From assembly GCF_001194135.2 (NCBI RefSeq), contig NC_069000.1, forward strand, positions 14,848,298 through 14,906,180: 57,883 nt of DNA, written 5' to 3'. The notes beneath the pieces are model-generated. The model was not told the origin of the DNA. It ran no database searches and worked only from the letters and a program-made list of their open reading frames with translations. Positions 1 to 10,055 of this stretch are shown here, piece after piece. The first letter of the stretch is position 1, and the number at the start of each line of letters is the position of its first letter. The stretch comes from Octopus bimaculoides (lineage: Eukaryota). Position numbers and translations under genes: made by a program.

Positions 1-48
1 CTGTGCGCGCGCGCAACTATATTACATTATCTATGCGATCTATCGCCG

Positions 49-210
49 ATGCTGGTGTGTTTACGTCCCCGTAACTTCGCGGTTCGGCAAAAAGAGACCG
101 ATGGAATAAGCACCAGGCTTACAAAGAATAAGTCCTGGGGTCGATTTGCTCGACTAAAGGCGGTGCTCCAGCATGGCCGCAGTCAAATGCCTGAAACAAG
201 TAAAAGAGTA
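49..210 (+). mobile_element. SINE family A, 3' half
   Basis: The tail GTGTTTACGTCCCCGTAACTT...GGTGCTCCAGCATGGCCGCAGTCAAATG...GAAACAAGTAAAAGAG recurs in many copies (12879, 17225, 19290, 23850, 26075, 31830, 34720, 37850, 49060). Confidence 0.9.
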
Positions 211-1129
211 ATAAAAAAGTAAGCACTGCTGGCACATCAGTAATTCATGAAACAGAACTTAATTGCCAAGTATATGTCAAAAATTCAAATCATTCTACCT
301 GACTGCATTGTAAACGTAACATCACTAGCTACGAATACAATTTCGCAGGGACTTTTTAAAAGGTTAGGTATTTGCTTGTTAATGGAAATCTAATAAAATA
401 GAAAACTCCAGCCGATTCCTCTTATATTAACCACGTAAAGGTTTGTCATGTTTATTATATACAACCAACATCCTTGCGGACAGTAAAAGAAGGATTGACT
501 GGTTAACGTAATTTTCTAGTTTATGATGAACATGACAGACGTTTACGACTGTCTCATTCATGTATCGAGTACAAGGCTGTGACGGCTAAAATCTTTGGTT
601 ATAGTTAAGCCTTAATGTGTGTATGTGTCTGTTTGTGTGCAATATATACATATGCATACATGCATATGTATGTATGTATATATGTGTGTGTGTATATATG
701 CGTATATATATTTGGTAATTTTTCAGATTAATACGCACACGATCTTCACTAGGGTGTTAGGCCTATTTTTGGTGACAGGTTCCGGAAGCTGGGCCTTGCT
801 TAACCATTGCTCATGCACGTTCAGATAGCGGAAAAATATCTCTCTTCGGATAACTTGGTTCACTTCTTGCGCCCACAACGCTTCATTAACCAAGAGGAGG
901 TGGAAGTTTCAGCGACGGAGTTCTTCATCCCTCTCTCATCTTTTTTTTTTTTTTTGCGATGACAGGAGACAGAATTTGAACTCACCACACACAGAACCAA
1001 AACAGATACTGAAAGGCATCCCACTGGTCGCTCTAGCATTTCATCAAAGCAACCGCCCTGAAGTTTTACTTTATTGACAGTAGCGAAGTCGTAGCGAGTG
1101 TCAAATAGAATGAATACCTACTATATTTG

Positions 1130-1267
1130 TTACGGTGATATGAGTTCAAATCCTCGCCGAAGCCCAGTTTGCTTTTCCTCTTTTCGGGATCGATGAAATA
1201 AATACCAGTTGAGTACTGAGGTCGATGTAATCAACTAGACCCCACTTCATAAAATTTCAGGCCTTGT
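1130..1267 (+). mobile_element. SINE family B, partial
   Basis: TGAGTTCAAAT...TTTGC(C)TTT(C)ATCCTTTCGGGGTCGAT...AGTACCAG core shared with more than 15 copies in the window; truncated by the gap. Confidence 0.8.
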
Positions 1268-2244
1268 NNNNNNNNNNNNNNNNNNNNNNNNNNNNNNNNN
1301 NNNNNNNNNNNNNNNNNNNNNNNNNNNNNNNNNNNNNNNNNNNNNNNNNNNNNNNNNNNNNNNNNNNNNNNNNNNNNNNNNNNNNNNNNNNNNNNNNNNN
1401 NNNNNNNNNNNNNNNNNNNNNNNNNNNNNNNNNNNNNNNNNNNNNNNNNNNNNNNNNNNNNNNNNNNNNNNNNNNNNNNNNNNNNNNNNNNNNNNNNNNN
1501 NNNNNNNNNNNNNNNNNNNNNNNNNNNNNNNNNNNNNNNNNNNNNNNNNNNNNNNNNNNNNNNNNNNNNNNNNNNNNNNNNNNNNNNNNNNNNNNNNNNN
1601 NNNNNNNNNNNNNNNNNNNNNNNNNNNNNNNNNNNNNNNNNNNNNNNNNNNNNNNNNNNNNNNNNNNNNNNNNNNNNNNNNNNNNNNNNNNNNNNNNNNN
1701 NNNNNNNNNNNNNNNNNNNNNNNNNNNNNNNNNNNNNNNNNNNNNNNNNNNNNNNNNNNNNNNNNNNNNNNNNNNNNNNNNNNNNNNNNNNNNNNNNNNN
1801 NNNNNNNNNNNNNNNNNNNNNNNNNNNNNNNNNNNNNNNNNNNNNNNNNNNNNNNNNNNNNNNNNNNNNNNNNNNNNNNNNNNNNNNNNNNNNNNNNNNN
1901 NNNNNNNNNNNNNNNNNNNNNNNNNNNNNNNNNNNNNNNNNNNNNNNNNNNNNNNNNNNNNNNNNNNNNNNNNNNNNNNNNNNNNNNNNNNNNNNNNNNN
2001 NNNNNNNNNNNNNNNNNNNNNNNNNNNNNNNNNNNNNNNNNNNNNNNNNNNNNNNNNNNNNNNNNNNNNNNNNNNNNNNNNNNNNNNNNNNNNNNNNNNN
2101 NNNNNNNNNNNNNNNNNNNNNNNNNNNNNNNNNNNNNNNNNNNNNNNNNNNNNNNNNNNNNNNNNNNNNNNNNNNNNNNNNNNNNNNNNNNNNNNNNNNN
2201 NNNNNNNNNNNNNNNNNNNNNNNNNNNNNNNNNNNNNNNNNNNN
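1268..2244. other. Assembly gap (N run)
   Basis: N run. Other gaps: 13124-13151, 13991-14490, 22409-22822, 26783-27160, 30142-30288, 33754-33763, 36058-36351, 37384-37630, 44714-45127, 47416-47760. Most abut microsatellites or poly-A. Confidence 1.
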
Positions 2245-2375
2245 TATATATATGCGCATGTATGATTTAGTATTTATAAGCGCATGCAAGCCTGAGTGAG
2301 CGTACAAGATGTATACATACATAGATACTGCGCTGCTCCCAGCTCTTGATGTGTTATTTTATCTTCTTCACTTAC

Positions 2376-2602
2376 CAATCGGAGCTTTATTTGTTTTGTT
2401 TTGTTTTATTTTTTTTTTCCTTATTTTCTTTTTAACAAACACACACTAAAAAACCTGCTTGTCTACTTAATTGTTATGTGTGTGTAGCACAATGGATCAA
2501 GTAGCCACTACTAGCAAATATAGAAAGAAACATGTTGAAAATTGAAAAAAAACAAACAAACAAATGTTATCCAGAGCGACATAGCGTAAATATGTCTCTC
2601 AC
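2376..2602 (-). other. Candidate 227-nt non-coding exon / recursive-splice-like exon
   Basis: Minus strand: TTATTTCTTTTTATCTTTACAG|GTGAGA acceptor at 2603/2602 and TTG|GTAAGT donor at 2376/2375; stops in all frames. Confidence 0.3.
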
Positions 2603-3757
2603 CTGTAAAGATAAAAAGAAATAACTGAAGTTATTAGGTCAGGTGATAGCATGAGAAGTTAAAGTGGCGGTGGTATACAGACAGGTTAGTTTAGTTTAGT
2701 TTTGTTAGCTAGCTCGCTAGTTGTGTGTAAAGAACGACGATATTATAGGATGTTTGATCGAATTTTGTTTCCTTATAATTTTCCCTCTCTCTGTTTCTGT
2801 AACGGGAAATGACCGAGAAAATATGTTATAATTTTTTTTATTCATTAATGAACATTACACTTATAGTAGGAGCAGGAAATATGAACATTACGATTATAGT
2901 AAAGAGCAGGATATTGACCGAGCGGTATAAGGACATATCTAAAATATTTGAAATAGTCACCTACTAAGGTAACATTCATCCACAGGTGGTTTTGAAGGCA
3001 CATATACTTGAAAGGGATAGCTTGAACTTCCGCTGGTGACTACATCGAGGAGACTAAATTTTGACAACTTTTAATGTGTTATTACATTTAATTATCATCA
3101 AAAACGGTAACAATAAAAACAAATTATCGAGAAGAACAAAACACTCCGGAAATACGCAGCATTAAATAGGATCTTAAGATTTTAAATCGTAAAATTTTTC
3201 CAAAGAAATTTTTAAAATCTTGTAAATAAAAACATGTAAATATATATATATATACCCGAACGTATTAATTTGGATTTACAGCGTCGTTTTCCGAAGGTAA
3301 GAAACAGTTGATTATCCATATATATTTATATGCATGTGTATATGTTTATAAAGATGATAGGATATGAAAGTGGCAGGTACTAACAACTTAGGTGTCACGT
3401 GTAATGTTGAATGGGTTTGCTTGACAACTTAGAAAACACTTCTCTTGTTTGTTATTATCTTTATTGATTGTACTTTTAGTTTAAAAATGGGTGGCTTTGT
3501 GCCAAAATACAATAAAATATATTCGGATATCTATGTACAAAGTGTGGGCTGTTTCTTTTTGCACGATTTGACTTGAGAAAACATTTATCTTAAAATTAAC
3601 TATCGGTGCAGTTATTTAATTATAAGGTAATTATTTACTTTCGTCTTTCTTTGGAGAATAATTAGTTATCTCTGTCTATTTAGCAATATCTATCTGTCTA
3701 TCTATCTATCTATCTATCTATCTATTTATACACATACACACGCACCCCCAAATAAAC

Positions 3758-3797
<40 letters not shown>

Positions 3798-3800
3798 TAT

Positions 3801-3845
3801 CATCATCGTTTAACGTCCGCCTTCCATGCCGGCATAGGTAGGACT
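3801..3845 (-). mobile_element. RTE-type retroposon 3' tip with (GAT)n tail
   Basis: Reverse complement of ...GCATGGAAGGCGGACGTTAAACGATGATG; same tip at 11161-11250, 32930-33025, 36570-36750 and 52630-52690. Confidence 0.7.
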
Positions 3846-4567
3846 ATAGATATGTGTGTGTGTGTGTGTATGTATGTACATGTGTGTGTATATATATATA
3901 TATATATATCTCTATATATATATATATATATGGAGAGAGAGAAAGACACAGACGTATAAGTATAAAGTACATACATACATATGCATTTGGTATTAGTGTG
4001 TGTGTGCTAGCGCGTACACACACACACACGCATGGTTGAATAAACTGTTAATATCGAAACTTGAAAACCCAGTCAATCCAATATTATCAATAAAATCGAC
4101 TCTGAATGCATAGAATTCCCATCAGCAGTAAATGTCTCTCACCGAAGTCGATCAACAATACCAAATGCGTGTATGTATACATGTATATATATTTACACAT
4201 ACATATTTGTTATGTGTGTTTGTATGTATGTACATAGATATGTAATCTACTCAGATATACATGTATGTGCGTGTGAGAGGAAATATAGTGATTTATATTT
4301 AAATGATTTCCTCAATGAAGGAACATTTCATGTTAAGGTTCTGACGAAAGTAGATATCACACTGTGGCATTCATCTCTGGGTGCACTGTTCAATAAAGCA
4401 GAAACAGTGGTAAGGCAATGAATGTCATTACGTAACTCCTGTTTCTTTGCGTGCAGGACGATGTTTTCTTACTTCCTACTTTGCAGCTCCCAGAAAGTCA
4501 TAGCTTACCGATCGCAACCTCTTTGACATTGGCTTGCTCTAGTACCTAATACCCATTTCTATCATTT

Positions 4568-4618
<51 letters not shown>

Positions 4619-4977
4619 TTTGGTAAAAGGATGTGACATCACGAGTTATTGACAGTGCTTTATTAGTTCGACAGAGCTGAACTGTCAAACACACACACAC
4701 TCACCCATGAGACTGACATCATATACTAATACCAAAACATTGGCTCTGTGTTTGTGTGTGCGCGCGCGTGTGTATGTAAGGTACGAACATGCTCGTGCCT
4801 GTACAACTCTTAAATCCACAAAATGTTTCACTAGAGAAGAATAACTTAATTGTTAAGTGAATATTGTCATGTTTATATTTTCTTATTCAGTATTTCCTGG
4901 TAACTTCACTTCTAAATTAAACTCTTAAAATTCCACCTACACCGAGAGATAGAGATAGACAGATAGATAGATAGGGT

Positions 4978-5184
4978 ACTACTAAAGCAGCGCGGACCCG
5001 AACGCGCAGTCGCGCGTCCGCGCTAGCTAGTCTTGAGTGGTCGATCCTAACCCTAACCCTGTCCCTAACCCTAACCCGCGTGTGCAAATGAATACGTGTT
5101 TAGGGTTAGGGTTAGGATCGACCACTCACGACTAGCTAGCGCGGACGCGCGACTGCGCGTTCGGGTCCGCGCTGCTTTAGTAGT
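4978..5184. mobile_element. Palindromic (foldback) element with internal telomeric repeats
   Basis: Arms 4978-5060 and 5102-5184 are 83-bp inverted repeats with one mismatch (5033/5129). 41-bp spacer; CCCTAA repeats on the left and TTAGGG repeats on the right; embedded in a (GATA)n tract. Confidence 0.85.
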
Positions 5185-5188
5185 TCCG

Positions 5189-5222
<34 letters not shown>

Positions 5223-6060
5223 AATGAAATAGGAAAGCAAGAAGAGATAAAAGATTATATATATAGATTTACATACACGTGTATATATGTTTAAGTAACG
5301 ATGAAGTACGCGAATACACATTTGTGTACTTGGCTTCCGGCAGTTTCTTCTATTAATGTCCAATTTCTATATCAGTGAAGATATTTAATTTATTTAATTA
5401 TTAATTAGTTACTAAATGTTGTAACATCGTTTCCACTTTTTAGCCTTCCTTCTGACATTAGTTTCAGGTTGATTAATTACATGCTTAACGTTTGCCTATT
5501 GTATCTGACATGTTTTATCATTGTACATTCACATACACAACCTTCCAAATGGAAAGACAAGACAAAACAAAGGAAATAAACAAAAACAAAACAACCTCCT
5601 CCTGTTAATATTGTCTACTTTTTCTTCTTTTAATTTTATGTTGTGCGTATTGGCTTCATTCACTCTTCCAATTCCACGTTATATAAAAGTAATAAAGAAC
5701 TGAGAAAGGTTCCACTTAGTCATTTACACTATACTCATGAATTAAGAAAAAAAAAAAAAAATTCGCAGCCAAACTTCATTCCTAATTATAGCCTTAATGT
5801 GTGTGTGTGTGTGTGTGTGTGCATATGGCATACTTACACAAGTGTGCCTCTCTCTGACTTTGTTTTCTTAAAGCCTAGAAAAATGGATATTCTTTTGAGG
5901 AAATTTTCTACAAAATACCTTTCAGATGGTCTAGATCAGTGGTTCCTAAAGTGCACAGTACTTCTCCTTTCGGGGCGGTGAAAAGTGGGATGATAATGGG
6001 GTGGCCAAAATGGGGTAATAGATGTAAAAAAAATATATATTATTAGCTTTAAGTTTTATT

Positions 6061-6620
6061 GGATCTTTTTTAAAACGGGGGCCACATTTTTCATTAACGA
6101 AACACTTTGAAACTTGGAACACTGGTAGAATGTGTCATATAAAACATCTTTTTCTCTTAGTCTTCTTAAAAAAAAAAAGAAATCCCTAAGTTATTCCATG
6201 TTAAAGTTGTCGTATTTCTGTAATTTCAACCATTCACTGACGTCCATTCAGCCGATATACATTAAGTGCTGACTACATAAACAAACGATTCTGAAACAAT
6301 TCTATCGGTGATAGGGTTAGGGTTAGGGTAAAACAGCAAATTTAAAAAGAAAAATGCAAAACGAAGCTATGGAAATTAAATACGCTTTACACCGCTTAAT
6401 CAGCCAAAGGAGTAAATGTAAACAACTGATTACTTGTCAGTGATTGGTTGAAATTATCGAAATAAGACAATTTTTTACATGAAATAAATTCGAATACAAA
6501 AATATTTTTCTGTTCTATAACACAAAATAGATAAGTATACGAAGTTTGAAAGTCTTTCGGTACCAAAAACACTACGTAAAACATTAATGAAAAATGTGGC
6601 CCCCGTTTTAAAAAAGATCC
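6061..6620. mobile_element. Nested non-autonomous DNA transposon, Merlin-like (MULE as alternative)
   Basis: Perfect 37-bp TIRs GGATCTTTTTTAAAACGGGGGCCACATTTTTCATTAA (6061-6097, 6584-6620); 8-bp TSD GTTTTATT at 6053-6060 and 6621-6628; GG termini. Boundaries are solid; the superfamily is inferred. Confidence 0.8.
6312..6328 (+). repeat. Short interstitial telomeric repeat
   Basis: TAGGG-TTAGGG-TTAGGG near the middle of the nested element. Confidence 0.8.
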
Positions 6621-6861
6621 GTTTTATTTGTGAGATACAGTCGTTTTGAATTTTCTGCAGAAAATGGTCTATATTTGTGGTGAAGAAGGGTTAGGGGGTG
6701 CTAGGAATGTGGCCTGGGTGCCAAAAGGGGCGGTAAACTGAAAAGTTTTGGGAACTACTGGTCTAGATTACGATGGTAAAGTCATTGTTAGCCGATCACA
6801 ACAAACACTGTTTTCTATTTGTAGTTTTAAGAGATACAACAGCTGTAACTGAAAAGATTTG

Positions 6862-7405
6862 TTAGTCCGCCTTTATGGTCCTGGAGAACAAAATGGAAAG
6901 GACCATAAGGCTTATGGTCCTGGAGAACAAAATGGAAAGGACCATAAGGCTTATGGTCCTGGAGAACAAAATGGAAAGGGCGTTTTCTAGGAGGATGGCG
7001 AGGAGATGCGCTGTAACAGCAACTCCAATAGCAGAGGGCAGGGATGAAGTCCGGCCATGAACACCGGAGGTCTTCACAATTTCGGGCTCGACCACGAATC
7101 TGTCAGCGACCGATACTTTGACAATTTGCTCTTCTCGGCCTGACGAGTAGCGAAGTCTGGGCTGCACCTGAATACACCAAGTTGCCGTTGGAGAAGGTAT
7201 AGCAATATGTGACAACCGAGATGAGGGGCCCTACCACCGCGGTGCGGGAAAACTGTCATGCAGTCTGGCTCGAGCTGGGAAGGAAGTCTACGGCATCTAG
7301 ACCACATGCTTTATGATCCCGTTGAGAGCAGCCAGTACTATAATGGCAGGACAATGGGGTGGTCCGAAAGAATTCACAGTGGATCTGCAGTGGCATTTGT
7401 GAATA
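6862..7405 (-). pseudogene. Decayed 3' end of a restriction-like-endonuclease (CRE-like) non-LTR retrotransposon ORF
   Basis: Frameshifted minus-strand mosaic: HKCHCRSTVNSFG-HPLSC (CCHC knuckle), AALNGIIKH, LEPDCMTVFPHRGGR, PLISVVTYCYTFS, AEKSKLSKYRSLTD, VKTSGVHG, LLAILLENALSIL. These follow, in order, the recalled RHxxLNDII..RPDGxTLxPW..GxxLxWDATCxDT..AExxKxxKY..PxAVETxGxxG..QRGNA motif series of CRE-like elements. Confidence 0.75.
6873..6979. repeat. 39-bp tandem repeat (2.7 identical copies) with internal hairpin
   Basis: Unit TTATGGTCCTGGAGAACAAAATGGAAAGGACCATAAGGC at 6873, 6912 and 6951 (partial); stem (C)TTATGGTCCT / AGGACCATAA(G) around a 16-nt loop. Confidence 0.95.
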
Positions 7406-7548
7406 TATGAAATCCCTTCTTAAATTGAAATGTTTTAGACTTACTTCTGTACTACTCTCCCCCTCCAGTGAGGGGGGGGGGCATATACCCGACAGGTACC
7501 ATTCGGTCTATAGTGTCTTAGCATTTTTTTTTCTTATCGGGTGAAGCC

Positions 7549-7980
7549 ATGGCACTGTGGACGATAGAGCATTGCGTGTTTGCCTACGATAATTACGTGA
7601 AAAATAACGGGTCTGTCACAGCAGTTCAACGTGAGTTTCGGCGCCACTTCAACATTCACCGAAATTAGGCTGTACCAACCCGCAACACAATCTTACGTTG
7701 GGTGAATGCACTTCGTACACGAGGTACACTAAGGAATAGGAGACTGGTAGGGGCGCCACGAACAGTACGGACCCCGGAAAATGTGGAACGCCTCAGACAA
7801 GCTTTCAGAAATGCATCAATGAAAATGGATACCACATGATGGATGTTGTTTTCCACACTTGATTCTGACAAATGCTAATGCAATACGAACACATTGATGT
7901 TGATAAAATTTGTTTGCGGCCAAAATTAAGGATTTTGTGAATTTTTCAAAAAACGTCCGTCCTCTCTGCCCCACCCAGTA
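7549..7980 (+). mobile_element. Internally deleted Tc1/mariner-superfamily element (DUF4817-type HTH transposase remnant)
   Basis: ATG at 7549: MALWTIEHCVFAYDNYVKNNGSVTAVQREFRRHFNIHRN*AVPTRNTILRWVNALRTRGTLRNRRLVGAPRTVRTPENVERLRQA, with one stop at 7666. It jumps to the C-terminal-like QKCINENGYHMMDVVFHT* (ends 7862). The right end ...CCCCACCCAG|TA resembles a Tc1/mariner TIR plus TA; the left TIR was not found. Confidence 0.85.
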
Positions 7981-10055
7981 CACACACACACACACACACA
8001 TACATACATACACGCACATTCATACGCACACGCCTACACACACGCACAGTTTTGCAACAACAGATAGGATATCTTCAATTTAACTTTGGGCAATTTTTGA
8101 TTTTTAAGCACAATTAATTACTTTAATTTATTCTTGATTTATTGTTTTCTTTTTTTTTCTTTTTACTTTTTTCCCCTTTCCGATCTTTATTTACAGAAAC
8201 ATCTCAAAATGACTTGTTTTAAATTTCAAAGCACAAATTATTTAAAATTAATTCTAAAAATTTAAATTGCTGTTGTTCGTTTCCTACAGTCTACATATCT
8301 ATCCAACTACTTTTAATTGTTACCCAAATTTCACACCTCTCATTACTTTTAATTGAAGAAAGAAAAGGGGTAGGGAGAAAGAGAGAGGGGGATGGAGAAA
8401 TTGTTTTGTGTTTGTGTATATTTTTGTTTTCATTTTCTTTAACATTGATCCTTCTCCAATGTTTAATCATTAGACATTATATAATGCATATAGCTTCGTT
8501 TATCACGGGTTCGTTCATCACTGGTCCAGGATAACACGGTATGCTAATTGTGAACGCTTATTGTGATAAACAAAAGGCAAGAGGATCACGGCTGGAGTGG
8601 TGAGTTTTCTCGGTCAGGGTCGACTTAAGATGAAATAACACGTGTCCTCTGGAAACATCCAGAAAAAGAAACAAAAACTCAAGAACTTATCAGTTTTCTT
8701 CCTTTATCTTTTTTTAATGTTGTTTTGAATTCTTTATCTTTGATTACCTTCATTTACTTCTCATTATGTTTCACTTAATTGCAAACATTTAATGAGCTGT
8801 AATCATACATTCCATTCACAACGAGGAAGTCTGTGTGGACGCTCGAGCTCTTAATCAAACATCTTGCATATCACGGTTTCTACTGTCTTAGAAAGAAAAT
8901 AAAAGAACACATTTAAATAGTGTTGTCCTAGAACTTTTAATAAGACGGAACAGTTACGATTGAAATGTTGGATCACAGATGACCTGTGGTTATACAACAG
9001 CAACACACTGCGGTTTTCTAATTGATAAAAACAAAACTTCATAGTCGTATATTATTGTTGTCTATTCTTTTTTCCTCTTCTGTGTGTGTATTTTCTTGTG
9101 TAGGGCCTGTGTGTTTTGATCCCTTCTTTAGTCGCCTTTCATTAGGTATTTCGCAACAGAAAGAAACAACTGACTAAATAAATAATAATTCTTTATGTGC
9201 TGCACCTGATTAATTAACGATATATCAGACTCAATTGAACATAATCCTTCAATAAAACCTGGATAAGAATGGATTTAGATAAATCACAGGTTTTAAGCTT
9301 GAATAAAAACAAAACAAAAAACAAAACAAAAAATCCTTCATATTGTATAACTGATTTGATTGTTTTTTATATCGTAATTGAACAATATCGTCCTAGATTA
9401 CTGCAGGTTTCCTGCAGATCAATCACGAGTTCACTGAATTTCTGATGTGAGTGACAAGGGTTTGTCTTTAAGGATCAGTCGAGGAGCACTTTGTGCAAAA
9501 GTTTCTGTACATATATCTTCGTTAGTTTATAAACAACATTACTGCCACAACGTCACATCCCAAGACCTAACTACTTAATAGATTACTTTACTTCTATGGG
9601 CCTTCTTCCCTGATCTACATCGTTTCCTGGTCTTCTTTGTCGTATTGATAAACGTTTATCAAATATTTTCTTATCTGTTCAGGATATTTAAGAAATATTA
9701 CATTTGTTTCACTGTTCCAAGCCCTTTGGGTCAAACGGAATATAAAATTCTATTTTACGTGGTCGCTGTCGCCCTTTGTTTTTCTCTTTTTACTTTTAAA
9801 ACTATTCTGTGAAACAACTTATCTCAATGGGTGTTATGAAATAGGAAAAAAAAAACCCTGAGCAGCAATCAATCAATCTGTACACTACAAATGATTAATT
9901 AACGAAATACCTGACTTAGTTTCACATAATAAATAATTCAAATAAGTCTGGGAAAGTATAGATTCAGTAGAATGGAATTCTGCCGCTGCTGTACCAATTC
10001 TTGAAAATAAAAATAAAGCTAATGTAATAGAGATTTGGTTGCTGGCCAGGAGGCG

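Larger units (their letters stand above)
5937..6760. mobile_element. Non-autonomous hAT-Charlie-type DNA transposon
   Basis: TIRs CAGTGGTTCCTAAA / TTTGGGAACTACTG (12/14 match). Perfect 8-bp TSD GTCTAGAT at 5929-5936 and 6761-6768, matching the NTCTAGAN target typical of Charlie-type hATs. Confidence 0.9.

Noticed and set aside
720-940. Moderately GC-rich stretch with open frames of 50-60 codons on both strands
   Set aside because: No convincing splice-site pair and no recognisable protein motif.
5046-5116. Telomere-telomere fusion scar
   Set aside because: A fusion gives TTAGGG repeats followed by CCCTAA repeats; here the polarity is reversed and the arrays are short and embedded in long inverted arms.
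6873-6979. CRISPR-like array (hairpin direct repeats)
   Set aside because: The units are contiguous and identical with no unique spacers, the context is eukaryotic, and there are no cas genes.
6312-7405. Telomere-targeted insertion of the CRE-like LINE
   Set aside because: The LINE 3' end (about 6860) is not adjacent to any TTAGGG tract; the nearest lies inside a different element over 500 bp away.
8549-8610. Possible first exon MLIVNAYCDKQKARGSRLE with a GTGAGT donor, and a nearby candidate at about 9400-9450
   Set aside because: The phases are incompatible with each other and there is no homology or promoter support.
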